Shown here piece after piece: positions 43,841 through 57,075 of a stretch of 64,000 nt of DNA. Origin of the DNA: Octopus sinensis (lineage: Eukaryota); contig NC_043006.1 in NCBI RefSeq assembly GCF_006345805.1, forward strand, positions 13,640,001-13,704,000, read 5' to 3'. Each line of letters opens with the position of its first letter. Position 1 is the first letter of the stretch. The notes beneath the pieces are model-generated. The model saw only the letters and a list, made by a program, of their open reading frames with translations. It was not told where the DNA came from and ran no database searches. A program made the position numbers and the translations under genes.

Positions 43841-44416
43841 AGATAGCCGTCTATGTATATTTAAATTATATACACTGTTGACATGCACGATATTATGGCT
43901 TTCGCCCCCAAAAAGACTATCGCTTGCGGACATACTATTTTAAGAACACAGTTTAGAACAGAGGGAGACAAAAAATCGTCCTGGCTGCGGCTACCAGGAA
44001 CGCCAGATGCGTTTCGGCCTTTTAGCCCTTGTCAATGGCTTGTACTCGCCGCCATATATCTACACGAAGATTGTCTTCTCGATATATCGGAAACCACGAA
44101 TAATACTGCTTCAATTCTGAACGCCGAGTTTTTATTCAACCCGGTAACTATTCGCAATATCAGTGAATGTATTGTTCATTGTTTCCCATAAATCGGGTCA
44201 AACCTCGTTTAGTGATATAGGTGCGAAAAGACGCCATTGACAAAGCTCAAAAGGTTGAAATGTATCCAACGTTCTCACTAGCAGACGATTTTTTGTCTCT
44301 CTGTTATAAAACATATTTTTAATGTAGCATGTCTCTGAGATTTTATCGCGGACGAAAACCACAGTATTTTGCCTGTCATTAGTGTTTATACGTGAAGTAC
44401 ATGTAGATGACTATCC
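43841..44416. repeat. Old degenerate palindrome or foldback (~250-bp arms, ~60-bp spacer)
   Basis: Matching pairs include gagacaaaaaatcgtc (43963) with gacgattttttgtctc (44284), and ccttttagcccttgtcaatggc with gccattgacaaagctcaaaagg; colinear similarity runs across both arms. Confidence 0.72.
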
Positions 44417-46802
44417 AAATAATTTATATATAATTATATGTAATTTTTGTATAGTTAGATGTAATTTATAAGATATAATCATAGATGCATGTTGTTTATG
44501 GTTATTGTTTTGATGTCTCTTTCATATAGGATCGTTAGTTTTCCAGTAAACTAAAAGCAGTAGGTGTCCGAATTGGCAGAGTGCCGACCCAAATAGTTTA
44601 CAGCATATAGATGCAACATCAAAGTCGACTTCGATGCTTTTCATTTATCTTATCTGCCATTGATAAAAAATATACAGTTTTAATCATATAATGAATGTTA
44701 ATTATACATTCTGTAAATTTTCATACTTCTGCCAGCGTAATTAATATTTTCGTAAATTACATAGAATTTATAATATTTTAACTTTAGCATCTTAAGTCAT
44801 GTTAGTATTTTTATTAAATTTAAATATATTCGAGGATTATGTGATTAAGTAATGTAGGATATGTAATAATGAAGGCGACAATAACATTTAACTAATTATT
44901 GTATTAATGTTTCTGTAAATTACATAGAATTCATAATTTCATTTAAGACATCCCTGAATTAGAATTTATCTTTGAAATTGAACGTCCTCAGTGTTCAATC
45001 TAGTTCACGTTTTTTCTACGAATGTAACATTGCATGCTAATTATGAAAGTCACACACATTTTCACACAAAAAGCACTTTAAGTCTGAAAGTTTTACTCGT
45101 TCGTGTTTTTTTCTTTTAGCTAATCAGAAGCTTTTGAATCGACATGCCGAAAGTTACAATTTGGAAATTTCTTATTGGCTGAAATTAACCAAACTTTTAG
45201 ACGTTTAACTTTTAGTTATTAATTTGTATAAAAATTAATGGATCTGATTTTCCTAATCACTATGCAAGTCTACATCAGTGTAAAAAATTTGAATAAATCA
45301 ATCATTGCAAACCAAGAGAATAAGATCTCTATTTTCTCCAATTTTTTTTTCCAACGACGACAGAAAGATTCAAATCTACTTTTAAAAGCTGTAAAAGCTT
45401 TCTCCATGAAAAACAAGTCTCTGATTCTGGGTGTAGGAAGTCGAGTGTTATCGAGATTCCAGAAGCGCAAAAAAGGACCAAAAGTTTCCAAGGTATGAAA
45501 TGGAATCTTAAAATAGTAAAATTTGCATTTTATTAAAAGGACAGCATTCCTAATAAATAAATGAATGTAATCACCTCAACAAAAAAGGGATCTTATTTTC
45601 GTGAAACAAGATTCATTAAATAACGCTATGCCGTTATAAAGTTGCGCCGAACAGGTCCCAGTACCTTATAAATTTAAGTTTACCCGAATACTACTACAAA
45701 GTTAACACAGTGTATGTACTAAAAATATGGAAGTTAAGAAGGAAAGGCATATCAACTATTGATAGCAAAACATCAAGTACTTTTGCATTAAGATATATCC
45801 TAGGTCAAGAGTGTGCAAAATAGTTAGTATTCATCTCTGGGGGCGGGAGTCCATGTAGCTAACTAAGGAGTTGATGAACACCTGAAACGAGTGTGAACAT
45901 TATGGAGGCTGATTTATCAGAGTATTGAATCTGGAAGAGTGCTGAAATTTAAGATTAAAACTGACTAATAGGCGTAGGAGTGGCTGTGTGGTAAGTAGCT
46001 TGCTTACCAACCACATGTTTCCGGGTTCATTCCCACTGCGTGGCACTTTGGACAAGTGTCTTCTACTATAGCCTCGGGCCAACCAAAGCCTTGTAAGTGG
46101 ATTTGGTAGACGGAAACTGAAAGAAGCCCGTCGTATATATGTATATATGTATCATGTGTGTGTGTATTTGTTTGTGTGTCTGTGTTTGTCCCCCCAACAT
46201 CGCTTGACAACTGATGCTGGTGTGTTTACATCCCCGTAACTTTGCGGTTCGGCAAAACAGACCAATAGAATAAGTACTAGGCTTCTAAAGAATAAGTCCT
46301 GGGGTCGATTTGCTTGACTAAAGGCAGTGCTCCAGTATAGCCACAGTCAAATGACTGAAACAAGTAAAAGAGTAAAAGAATAATATACAATTAAATATTG
46401 ATGCAATAATTAGTGTTTACCGAACACAAAATTCGCTTTAAATATTCGAAATTCTTTAATATAACACGACTGAAGTTTTATTGTTCTTTATCATACGCGT
46501 GGTTTCATTAATTTCTTAAAATATTTCTTATTAAAAATTGTAATGACAAAATAATTAAAGAAATTACTGTTTTAGCGTTTTTTTTATTTGCGTTTTTTTT
46601 TATTAAATAAACTCATTGATTTTTTTAATAGAAATTACGTGGTCAGGGTCAATAAGTAATCAACGATTCCATGAATGAGTGAATAGCATAAGAAATTTAC
46701 CTCTCTCTGTTCTAGATTTAATTACATCACCAAGTACTTAAAATAAATGTAATGAAAATCATTTAGTTAAATATGTTCAGCTTGTATTATGTTTTTTTAA
46801 AA

Positions 46803-47948
46803 ATCCTTTTGGAGTCGATACAATAAATCCATTTAAACACTGGCGTCAACGTAATCGACTTCCGTCTCCCCTAAAAGTTGCTGGCCTTGTGCCAAACTTT
46901 CAAGCTGATATCTTATAATTTATATTACGATCTTTAAAACAAATTCATGGTGATTTATACATATTTTGTATCAGAGTAAAATTTTTAGAAAATTTATAAG
47001 TGGAGTCATTAGGATTGCAGGGCTATGGGGAATCTTTAGAACATCTATCAAAGTGCCTTTTGGTAATTGATCCGGCTCTTTACGTTTTGAGGTAAAATTC
47101 TACAGTTCTTATCCAAAATCCCTCCAAGATGTGTGAGAATTATGCAACGAAACCACTGCACATGCACTCGGTCAATACATTGCAGAGTTATGTCGAACAG
47201 CCGCTCTCGCGTTTAGGATTATCCCGACTAATAACTGAATCCATTGTGAAGATTGTCTTGCTACCTTCTTTTGGCCAGGAAGGACAGGCAATTTTAATAT
47301 CTCACTGAGAAAAAGAGGTTGTTTGGTGAATGAGACCAAAAGGGTTGTAGACAGGCGCTTTATTTGATCAAACCCTCCTAAATTTTTGTCAAGTTTCACT
47401 TGAAGGGAAAGTGAGATTTAGAGGAGAAAGTGCAGCCGCCCAGAAAATTTGTTGAAAAGTAGGTGTGAGTAACGAACATGATCCGAGTGAAGGGGCCTGC
47501 TCGGAGCATACGCCTAAAGATTGGGGAGAGACAGCTGCGAGAGGTTTCTTATATAGGCACAAAATTTCAAATTTAGTGAGCAAGTGGTATAGTTAGTTAT
47601 ATTAATCTGCGTACGTGGCTTTTCCATTATTATATTGATTGCAGATGAATGAAAGGCAAAGCTGGTCACTGTAGGATTTGAACTCACAACCGAATGGCAC
47701 TTTGATAGATATTCTAAAGATTCCCTATAACCCTGCATTCGTATTGACTCCACATTTTATAATTTTTCTCAAATTTTTATTTCGATACAAAATATGTATA
47801 TTTCGTCATAAATTTTTATAGATAGTAATATAAATCATACGATATTCATTTAAAATTTTGGCACACGGCCAGTTATTTCTAAGACGACCGAGACGATTAC
47901 AATGATCCTTCTGATTCTTATTTTATCGATGCCGAAGGAAATTTTTTT
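46803..47948. repeat. Old inverted duplication: ~300-bp arms (46803-47105 and 47668-47948) around a ~560-bp spacer
   Basis: gcagggctatggggaatctttagaacatctatcaaagtgcc (47017-47057) matches ggcactttgatagatattctaaagattccctataaccctgc (47697-47737). The order SINE tail, unique DNA, SINE head is mirrored. Confidence 0.75.
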
Positions 47949-47977
47949 TAATCATAAAAATATTAAAGGATCTTATA

Positions 47978-48625
47978 AGGCGGCGAGCTGGCAGAAACGT
48001 TAGCACGCCGGGCGAAATGCTTAGCGGTATTTCGTCTGCGTTACGTTGTGAGTTCAAATTCCGCCGAGGTCGACTTTGCCTTTCATCCTTTCGGGGTCGG
48101 TAAATTAAAGTACCAGTTACGCACTGGGGTCGATGTAATCGACTTAATACCTATGTCTGTCCTTGTTTGTCTATGTTTAGCCCCTTGTGGGTAATAAAGA
48201 AATAGGTATTTCGTCTGCCGTTACGTTCTGAGTCCTTGTTTGTCCTCTCTGTGTTTAGCCCCTTGAGGGTAGTAAAGAAATAGGTATTTCGTCTCTTTTT
48301 ATGTTCTGAGTTCAAATTCCGCCGAGGCCAACTTTGCTTTTCATCCTTTCGGGGTCGCTTAAATAAGTGCCAGTTACGCACTGGGGTCGATATAATCGAC
48401 TTAATCCGTTTGTCTGTCCTTGTTTGTCCTCTGTGTTTAGCCCCTTGTGGGTAGTAAAGAAATAGGTATTTCGTTCGTCTTAACGTTCTGAGTTCAAATT
48501 CCGCCGAGGTCGACTTGGCCTTCTCGGCCTTTCGGAATCAATAAAGTAATTACCAGTTGAGCACTAAGACCGATGTAAACGACTTACCCCTTCATGAAAT
48601 TGTTAGCCTTGTCCTAAAATTTGAA
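47978..48625 (+). mobile_element. Head-to-tail multimer of family C SINE
   Basis: One head followed by about four ~180-bp body units (one internally deleted), joined by gaaatagg|tatttcgt. Confidence 0.88.
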
Positions 48626-48740
48626 ACTACTGTAATCCTTCACCATTTCGCGGTTTATTATTTAAGCTTACGTCGATTCCTCTGTGCTGTTGTTTTGCAT
48701 CTGTAATAAAGTATATATAAATAAAAGTAATAAAAAATAT

Positions 48741-48833
48741 ACAGTACAGTACTGTTTCTACATCGCGGGTTTTCACCTATCGCGTGGGGTGATGTTGGAA
48801 CGTAGCACCCGCGATAGTCGAGGGATTACTGTA
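48741..48833. mobile_element. Tigger/pogo-like MITE remnant
   Basis: The right end ccgcgatagtcgagggattactgta reads as a CAGTAATCCCTCGACTATCGCGG TIR with TA; the left end is degenerate. Confidence 0.5.
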
Positions 48834-49022
48834 ATATTAAACTTTATTATGATAGTGTGATTTACAAATGAATGACTGAATCTGATTTAGGTAAAATATA
48901 GTGATTGCTACAATACAATGAATATTAAGCATAACTCTCTTGATTTCATCCAAAAATATTTAAAGATCTGTTAATGAAACTAGGAAATGCTGATACTTAG
49001 CGGATAACCTCATTGTGGCTTT

Positions 49023-49440
49023 ATTAAAGATAGCAGATCATAAGGCGGCGAGCTGGCAGAATCGCTAGCACGCCGGGCGAAATGCGTAGCCGTATTTCGT
49101 CTGCCGTTACGTTCTGAGTTCAAATTCCGCCGAGGTTGACTTTGCCTTTCATCCTTTCGGGGTCGATTAAATAAGCACCAGTTACGCACTGGGGTCGATG
49201 TAATCGACTTAATCCGTTTGTCTGTCCTTGTTTGTCCCCTCTGTGTTTAGCCCCTTGTGGGCAATAAAGAAACAGATATTTCGTCTGCCGCTACGTTCTG
49301 AGTTCAAATTCCACCGAGTTCGACTTTGCCTTTCATCCTTTCGGGGTCGATTAAGTAAGTACCAGTTGCGTACTATGGTTGATCTAATCGACTGACACCC
49401 CTCCCTCAAAATTCGAAGCCTTGCGCCTGGAGTAGAAATA
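49023..49440 (+). mobile_element. Family C SINE dimer
   Basis: Head plus A-tail unit joined at gaaacaga|tatttcgtc to a second unit with a B-type tail. Confidence 0.85.
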
Positions 49441-49689
49441 ATTAAAGATAGCAGATGCAAATGTTGGTTGGTTGATGGGTGGTTTTGTTGGTTGGTTGAT
49501 ATTACCAGTCGCTGTACATTGTATAAAGAAAGAGGGGGAGAGAGAGATTTAATATAAGAGGTGCAAACTAAGCTTGTTGATAGGCAAAAAAGAACGTTGC
49601 ACACGCAGAGATAGAGAAAGGAAGAGATGGAGGAGGAGGATGTGGAAGGAAAAGGGGTGGAGGAAAGGGAGCATGTGTGTGTATACGCT

Positions 49690-49722
<33 letters not shown>

Positions 49723-49777
49723 ATATATATATATGTATATATATATATGTGTGTGTATATATATATATATATGTGTG

Positions 49778-49812
<35 letters not shown>

Positions 49813-49821
49813 GTATATATG

Positions 49822-49882
<61 letters not shown>

Positions 49883-49913
49883 ATATATATATATGTATAT
49901 ATATATATGTGTG

Positions 49914-49944
<31 letters not shown>

Positions 49945-49987
49945 GTATATATATATGTATATATATATATATATGTATATATATATG

Positions 49988-50045
<58 letters not shown>
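49690..50045. repeat. (TA)n/(TG)n compound microsatellite
   Basis: Direct inspection. Similar tracts at 3750-3852, 4751-4900, 12250-12790, 25800-26090 and 55995-56250. Confidence 0.95.
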
Positions 50046-50503
50046 AAGGGAGAGAGAGAGAGAGAGCATGTATGTATGTGTGAATTTCCATATAAACTAA
50101 ACAAGTAGTTCTTTTGATCTCTTTTCTTACATTATAATTATTGTTTTATCGAATTTTATTTTATGATAAATATTCTCATTTGGAAACTTGAATACATTTT
50201 ATCATACTGCACAAGCGCCAACAAATTTGATAAGAGTTAAATTGTAATTATTATATGTATGCTATACTTTTCTGATATCACCCAGAGCAGCTTTTGCTGC
50301 TCCATCGTTACCTGTCGTACGACACTTCCAAATAATCTGTCATATGATAGGTAACAATCTAGCACAATAATATTTGGGTGACATCATCTGCGCCAATATC
50401 AATTCAATGATATAACTTGAGTTGCTTCTTGTTTTTAGGGAAAGTTTTCTCTTCTAATCGTTTGGATAATATCAGTTGAAGTTTTCAATTCTATTATATA
50501 TAA

Positions 50504-50886
50504 GTGGAGGCGCAATGGCCCAGTGGTTAGGGCAGCGGACTCGCGGTCATAGGATCGCGGTTTCGATTCCCAGACCGGACGTTGTGAGTGTTTATTGAGC
50601 GAAAACACCTAAAGCTCCACGAGGCTCCGGCAGGGATGGTGGTGATCCCTGCTGTACTCTTTCACCACAACTTTCTCTCACTCTTACTTCCTGTTTCTGT
50701 TGTACCTGTATTTCAAAGGGCCGGCCTTGTCACTCTCTGTGTCACGCTGAATATCCCCGAGAACTACACTAAGGGTACACGTGTCTGTGGAGTGCTCAGC
50801 CACTTACACGTTAATTTCACGAGCAGGCTGTTCCGTTGATTCGGAACAACCGGAACCCTAGTCGTCGTAACCGACGGAGTGCTTCC
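50504..50886 (+). mobile_element. Young full-length SINE family A
   Basis: Near-identical to 16780-17163. Confidence 0.9.
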
Positions 50887-51405
50887 ACATATATGATAGT
50901 CCACCGCCGAGGTTGAATTGTCTTTCCCCCTTTCATCCATTTAGGGTCAGTAAAATGAGTACCAGTCGAACATTGGGGTCGATGTAATCGACTTATTCCC
51001 TCACCCAAAATTTCTGACCTTTTACCAAAATATAAAATCTTTAAATATGTGATAACCTACTCTATATTTATTTAGTATCAAGCGTTTTGTTTCAGCCTCA
51101 CCGGTTAAAATATATACAACAAAGACCCTCACTGTCTATTGCAGCATTACCCTTTTTCTTACCAAATTAATCTGCTTAACTTCTAACTCCGACATCCAAT
51201 TATTATTTTTTTTTTGCAGCTGCATTATACTTAAGGGATGGCAATGTGATGCACAGATGACGATAAATACTATTTGCAGTTGAAACGGAATTCTGAAGAT
51301 GGAAACATAATTTTTCAAATTTTTACCACTTTCTAATAGTCTTTGAAAGTTGCCATAATTTCTCCTTCAACGGATTTCAGATTTATAATATCTTTTTACT
51401 GTAGG

Positions 51406-51793
51406 GTAGAGGCGCAATGGTTAGGGCAGCGGACTCGCGGTCATAGGATTGTGGTTTCGATTCCCAGACCGGGCGTTGTGAGTGTTTATTGAGCGAAAAC
51501 ACCTAAAAAAGCTCCACGAGGCTCCGGCAGGGGATGGTGGTGATCCCTGCTGTACTCTTTCACCACAACTTTCTCTCACTCTTACTTCCTGTTTCTGTTG
51601 TACCTATATTTCAAGGGGCCGGCCTTGTCACTCTCTGTGTCACGCTGAATATCCCCGAGAACTACGTTAAGGGTGCACGTGTCTGTGGAGTGCTCAGCCA
51701 CTTACACGTTAATTTCACGAGCAGGCTGTTCCGTTGATTCGGATCAACCGGAACCCTCGTCGTCGTAACCGACGGAGTGCTTCCTCCTCCTCC
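51406..51793 (+). mobile_element. Young full-length SINE family A
   Basis: 11-bp TSD tttactgtagg (51395-51405 and 51794-51804); (cct)n tail. Confidence 0.9.
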
Positions 51794-52892
51794 TTTACTG
51801 TAGGAAGCAACAGCATGCAAAAGTGAAATATTTATGGGTCTAACGGACCTACTGTATACATGACGTTAGCGTGATTCCACCCTGGCGTTTAATTCTTTTC
51901 CCTTTCACTGAAAATAATGATTGGGATGTTTACAAAAAATTATGTTCATTCGGGTATTTTCCTTGAAATAATTATCTTCTTCATAATTTCCGCCTGAAAG
52001 GTTAGTTTGACTTCATCATAATAAAACTGCAGAGTAGGATCTCGCACTTTATCGCCTTGGAAACACTTTTAAAGTTAACTTTTTAATCTGAAGTCGTCAT
52101 GAAGGGTTTGGCCTCAACGTTTTCGTTTTCCCATTGCATCATAGGGAAATTAAATATCTCTGACGTTGTCATTTCCATTTTGATATCTTTCAATTTAACC
52201 AATTATTTTTCGTTCAAGGCCTCTCATTGTATTTTATACTTTTCACAAAGTCCTTTCAGTTATTTTGTAAACACTTCTTTCTTCTCATTATTTCGTCACA
52301 TTTGTTCTTTTTCTCGATGTACTTCAAATAATCAGTTGAGTGTTAACTATTCATGTTCACTCTTCCTATCTGTTGAATTTCTATTTTATAATTATCCTGC
52401 AAGTTCTTTTTCAGTTAAGCTTGCTCTTATTTGCTGAGTTTTGCTCATTACTTCAAGTCTTCTATTTCCTACTATAATTAACATCATTTAGATACGAAGG
52501 AATAATATAATTTTAGAGCAAGAAAATTTACAGGCGTGTAAAATGCCAAAACGGCTCAAAGGGGGTTATTTCCCTTTGGAAGACACTCCTCTCCTTCCTC
52601 TTTAATATTTCGTTTCATACTTCAGTTTGGTGAAATGTGAACTGAGAAGGAAATTTTTAAAGCAAAAGAAAAAGAAATGCGGAAGTATAAAAAGATTATA
52701 AAATAAAATATCATCTAACAACAAACTGGAATGCTATCATCACCATATTTCCTTCAATTTGTCAACATTTGGCAAAATGATTCAAGCGAAATCTGTGAAA
52801 ATTTGGTGTGTTGTAAATTTTCATTTCATGCATAAAGTATAAATGTTCATAACATTATTGCATTATTATCATGATTATCATGATTATTATAA

Positions 52893-53285
52893 TCTCTCTA
52901 TATATGAAGCTGAATCTGTCTGTGTATGGCAGGTTTGGTAGCCTTCAACTAACACTATCTCCTCCGAGACCCGGTGGTGCAAGTTGACCAAAATTGAGGG
53001 TATGATAGAAGAAGGCTTGCTCTTTATTCCGTAGAAGAAAATATTCAAATTGGACCATGTTAACACCAAAAATTATTTACATCAAAAAGGTGCTTTTTTT
53101 AAATGAAAATCCCTATTTTTTTACGATTTTTTGACTGCTGTGTCGCCATGTTTTGGTGTATTTTAACCAGAAAAATGCTCACTTAAAAAGAATAACAAGC
53201 TACATAATGCAAAATTTTTACTTATCAAAAATTCCAATTCTAAAGGGTCGAAACAAACCCGAGCAACGCCGGGCGATATTGCTAG
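52893..53285 (+). mobile_element. Non-autonomous Helitron (same family as 62905-63292)
   Basis: A|TC start; 3' cccgagcaacgccgggcgatattgCTAG|T. Confidence 0.8.
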
Positions 53286-53629
53286 TATATGATAATCACA
53301 TTTTCCGCTACTCGTCTAAACAGGGAAACCAATACTTGTTGTAAACTATGTAATCATAATCTTCAGAGAAAATAGTAATCTTTTTGTATAAGTATATATG
53401 TCGCATGCATATATTTATGTATCTTGTGTATGTATTTGTATGTTTATATTTATACGCGTCAATTATCTTTCTAACATTTAACGTAGTCATTGTATTTTTA
53501 TATAAGATGATACAAGATTTATATTTGATACCAAGTTACGAATGTAGGGTCTTCGTTAGGTATATCATTATAACTCCTTCGACACAACTGTAACATATAG
53601 GATTCAAGAATGGTATAAATATTGCTTTG

Positions 53630-54071
53630 TTTTTTATTTTGGCACAAGGCCAAGAATTTTGAGGGATGGATAAGTCGATTACATCGACTTCAGTGTTCAA
53701 CTATTACTTATTTTATCGACCCCAGAAGGATGAAAAGCAAAGTCGACCTCGGTGGAATTTGATCTCAGAACGTAAGTACGGCGAAATTCCGCTAAGCATT
53801 TTGCCCAGTGTGCTAACGACTCTGCGAGCTCCCTGTCTTCAGGAATGGCACACATATTGATTTCAAATTTTGACACAAGGCAAGCAATTTCGAGGAGGAG
53901 CTAAGTCTATTAAATAGACCCCAGCAATCAACAGGTACTTATTTTATCGACCCTGTTAGGGTGAAAAAGCATAGTCGACCTGGGCGGAATGTGAACTGAG
54001 AACTTGAAGACGGACGAAATGCTACTAATCATTTCGCCCGGCATCTAATGTTTTTGCCAGTTCGCCGCCTT
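53630..54071 (-). mobile_element. Two older family C SINE monomers in tandem
   Basis: Each has its own head and a ...ggccttgtgccaaaa tail (53630-53839 and 53855-54071). Confidence 0.75.
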
Positions 54072-54084
54072 AAGAATGGCATAA

Positions 54085-54890
54085 ATATTCTTTTCTACTC
54101 TAGGCACAAAGCCCGAAATTTTGGGATAGGGTACCAGTCGATTAGATCGACCTCAATACGCAACTGGCACTTAATCTGTCGAGCCCGAAAGGATGAAAGG
54201 CAAAGTCGACCTCGGCGGAATTTGAGCTCAGAACATAGAGAGAGACGAAATACTTATTTCTTTACTACCCACAAGGGGCTAAACACAGAGAAGACAAACA
54301 AAGACAGACAAGCGGATTAAGTCGATTACATCGACCCCAATGCGTAACTGGTGCTTAATTTATCGACCCCGAAATGATAACAGGCAAAGTCGACCTCGGC
54401 GGCATTTGAACTCAGAACGTAGCGGCAGACGAAATATCGCTAAGAATTTCGCCCGGCTTGCTCACATTTCTTATTTTTTTTATTACCCACAAGGGGCTAC
54501 ACACATAGGGGACAAACAAGGACAGACAAACGGATTAAGTCGATTATATCTACCCCAGTGCGTTACTGGTTCTTAATTTATCGACACCGAAAGGATAACA
54601 GGCAAAGTCGACCTCGGCGGAATTTGAACTCAGAACATAGAGAGAGACGAAATACCTATTTCTTTACTACCCACAAGGGGCTAAACACAGAGAGGACAAA
54701 CAAGGACAGACAAGCGGATTAAGTCGATTACATCGACCCCAGTGCGTAACTGGTACTTAATTTATCGACCCCGAAAGGATGAAAGGCAAAGTCGACCTCG
54801 GCGGAATTTGAACTCAGAACGTAACGGCAGACGAAATACCTCTAAGCACTTCACCCGGCGTGCTAACGTTTCTACCAGCTCGCCGCCTTA
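54085..54890 (-). mobile_element. Head-to-tail tetramer of family C SINE
   Basis: On the minus strand: head plus A unit, A unit, partial head plus A unit, then a terminal B-tail unit; junctions gaaata(g/a)g|tatttcgtc. Confidence 0.88.
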
Positions 54891-55279
54891 ACAATGGCAT
54901 ACATATTAAAAAATAATTTCGATGCTTAAAAATGCATTCATATAATATCGTCAAAGCTCCATACAATTAGGATCTCTTTGAATAAAATGTATGACTTTCT
55001 CCAGATATGTTGCGGCGTCTAAGTCATTAGTAATATCAATTTTCTTAATCAATACTTTATGGATGAAGCATTCTTTTTTCCTGTTTTCGCAATTAACTTA
55101 TATAATTGACGGTACTTAATTAAGCCAATGTACAGCATTAGAGATATCTGAATAGAGAGGACGTAAATGCAAACACAGTAAGAAGATTAAATATAGAACA
55201 AACATTACCATTGAAAATTTTTTGGAGCTTATATGTAATACAGCTGCAGATAAATTTTCCATAGAAAGAGCGAAAATAA

Positions 55280-55800
55280 CTTTGATTAATACTTTCTCTG
55301 TAGTACATATGTGATTTATCCTTCACTGTCTTTAGCGTCGTCCGCTAATGATTGGTTTACGTAATCTATTAACACAAGTTGCTTGTACTGCTACAGGTGG
55401 GTAGATTATGCTTGCACGTTAAGGAGACTATAGATCTTAACTATAGTAGAAAATGTTGAGTAATGGATAGAAATTCTTTTAGATAACTCTAACGATGTGC
55501 TTCCAATGTAAAATCGTACTTTATTACGAGTACTGATTATACACTGGTATATAGAATTTTTAATCTTAGAGTTACTTGACATAAACTTAATTCTATTGGA
55601 ATTGACTTCAGATACAATAACCTTGTTATTAATATTTCTAGAGGGTTGGATGGTATTAGGTAAATTAATGTTAGTACTAGTAAATGCATTAATATTTAAC
55701 AGTTTGTTATTATGAGAAGATATAAATTGTATCTCCATTTTTTACTCAAGGAGTTACAACACCTTTACTTGTGAGATTTTTGCTGCCCTGGTAACTATTT
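55280..55800 (-). mobile_element. Degraded Penelope-like GIY-YIG endonuclease relic
   Basis: NSIYQCIISTRNKVRFYIGSTSLELSKRISIHYSTF. Confidence 0.65.
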
Positions 55801-56019
55801 ATTTATTTTCCGTGTTAATTGTTAACAAGGTAAAAATACACTCATCTATTTATTATATATATATTTAAGTAAAAGCAATTAAGATTCAAGTGAGTTCTAT
55901 TGAATTCACTTGAATGCGGTACTTAACTTAGATGCACCAGAAAACTATATGGTATTAACCATAAAATAATGTCGTATGATTATAAACAAAAAATATATAT
56001 GTGTGTGTGTGTGTGTGTT

Positions 56020-56067
<48 letters not shown>

Positions 56068-56189
56068 AGCACAGAGCACACAAACACGCTCACGCGCACA
56101 TATTTGTATGTATGTGTATATACATACATGTATAAGTGTATTATGAGTATATACAGGTACGTATACATACATATCTATAAATATGTAAA

Positions 56190-56231
<42 letters not shown>

Positions 56232-56538
56232 ATTATATATATGAATATATATGAATTCATACGTATATGTGGATACACATATATACAAATGCATGTGTAT
56301 GTGAATGCGACGGACTTTTCAATCGATTGCAGAGCGTCCATTATTTCGCTCAACAGGACAACCTACTTATTGAATTAACTTTCAAAGTGTCGAATAGTCC
56401 ACATATACATGTACTCTTAACGTAATACGCAGTTACATTCAATGTGAAACAGTTTAAATAGGTTAGACCTTGTGAACTTCTTACTCTATCTATATGTATA
56501 TGTGTGTGTGCGTATATGTGTGTGCGTGCGTGTATGTA

Positions 56539-56600
<62 letters not shown>

Positions 56601-57075
56601 TGGACAATGATGAAAAGAAATCCAGACAAAAATTTTTTGAAAGACAAGAGACCCCATTGGAGTAGGCACCTGATTTTACCATTTTTAAAGGACAAGAATC
56701 ACTTTCTATTGAAAGAACTGACCAGCTGCAAAGATGTCAACATATTTTTTCTTCTTTCTCCCTTCCTTCTTTCTTTCTTTCTCTTTTCCATTGACGCTCC
56801 TTTCAGATACACAGACACGCACACATACACACACACACACAATTCTCACAAGACGATGATAAAAAGAAATCCAGAGAATTTTTTAAAAATAACATTTACC
56901 CCGCTTAGAGTAGCCACCTGGTTTTGCCATTTCTAAAAGCCAAGAATCACTTTCTATTGAAAGAACTGACCAGCTGCAAACATAGTTTTTTTCTTCTTTC
57001 TCTCTTCCGTCTTCCTTTCCTTCTCTATTCCATTGACACTCTTTTCAGATACAAAAGCACACACACACTCTCTCT
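56601..57075 (+). repeat. Diverged ~250-bp tandem duplication of local sequence
   Basis: caagaatcactttctattgaaagaactgaccagctgcaaa occurs at about 56692 and 56942, with colinear flanks. Confidence 0.85.

Noticed and set aside
43883-44191. 102-aa ORF
   Set aside because: It lies across the degenerate palindrome and has no recognisable motifs; likely chance.
54085-54890. CRISPR-like array
   Set aside because: The ~180-bp units are SINE bodies with no unique spacers, in a eukaryotic context with no cas genes.
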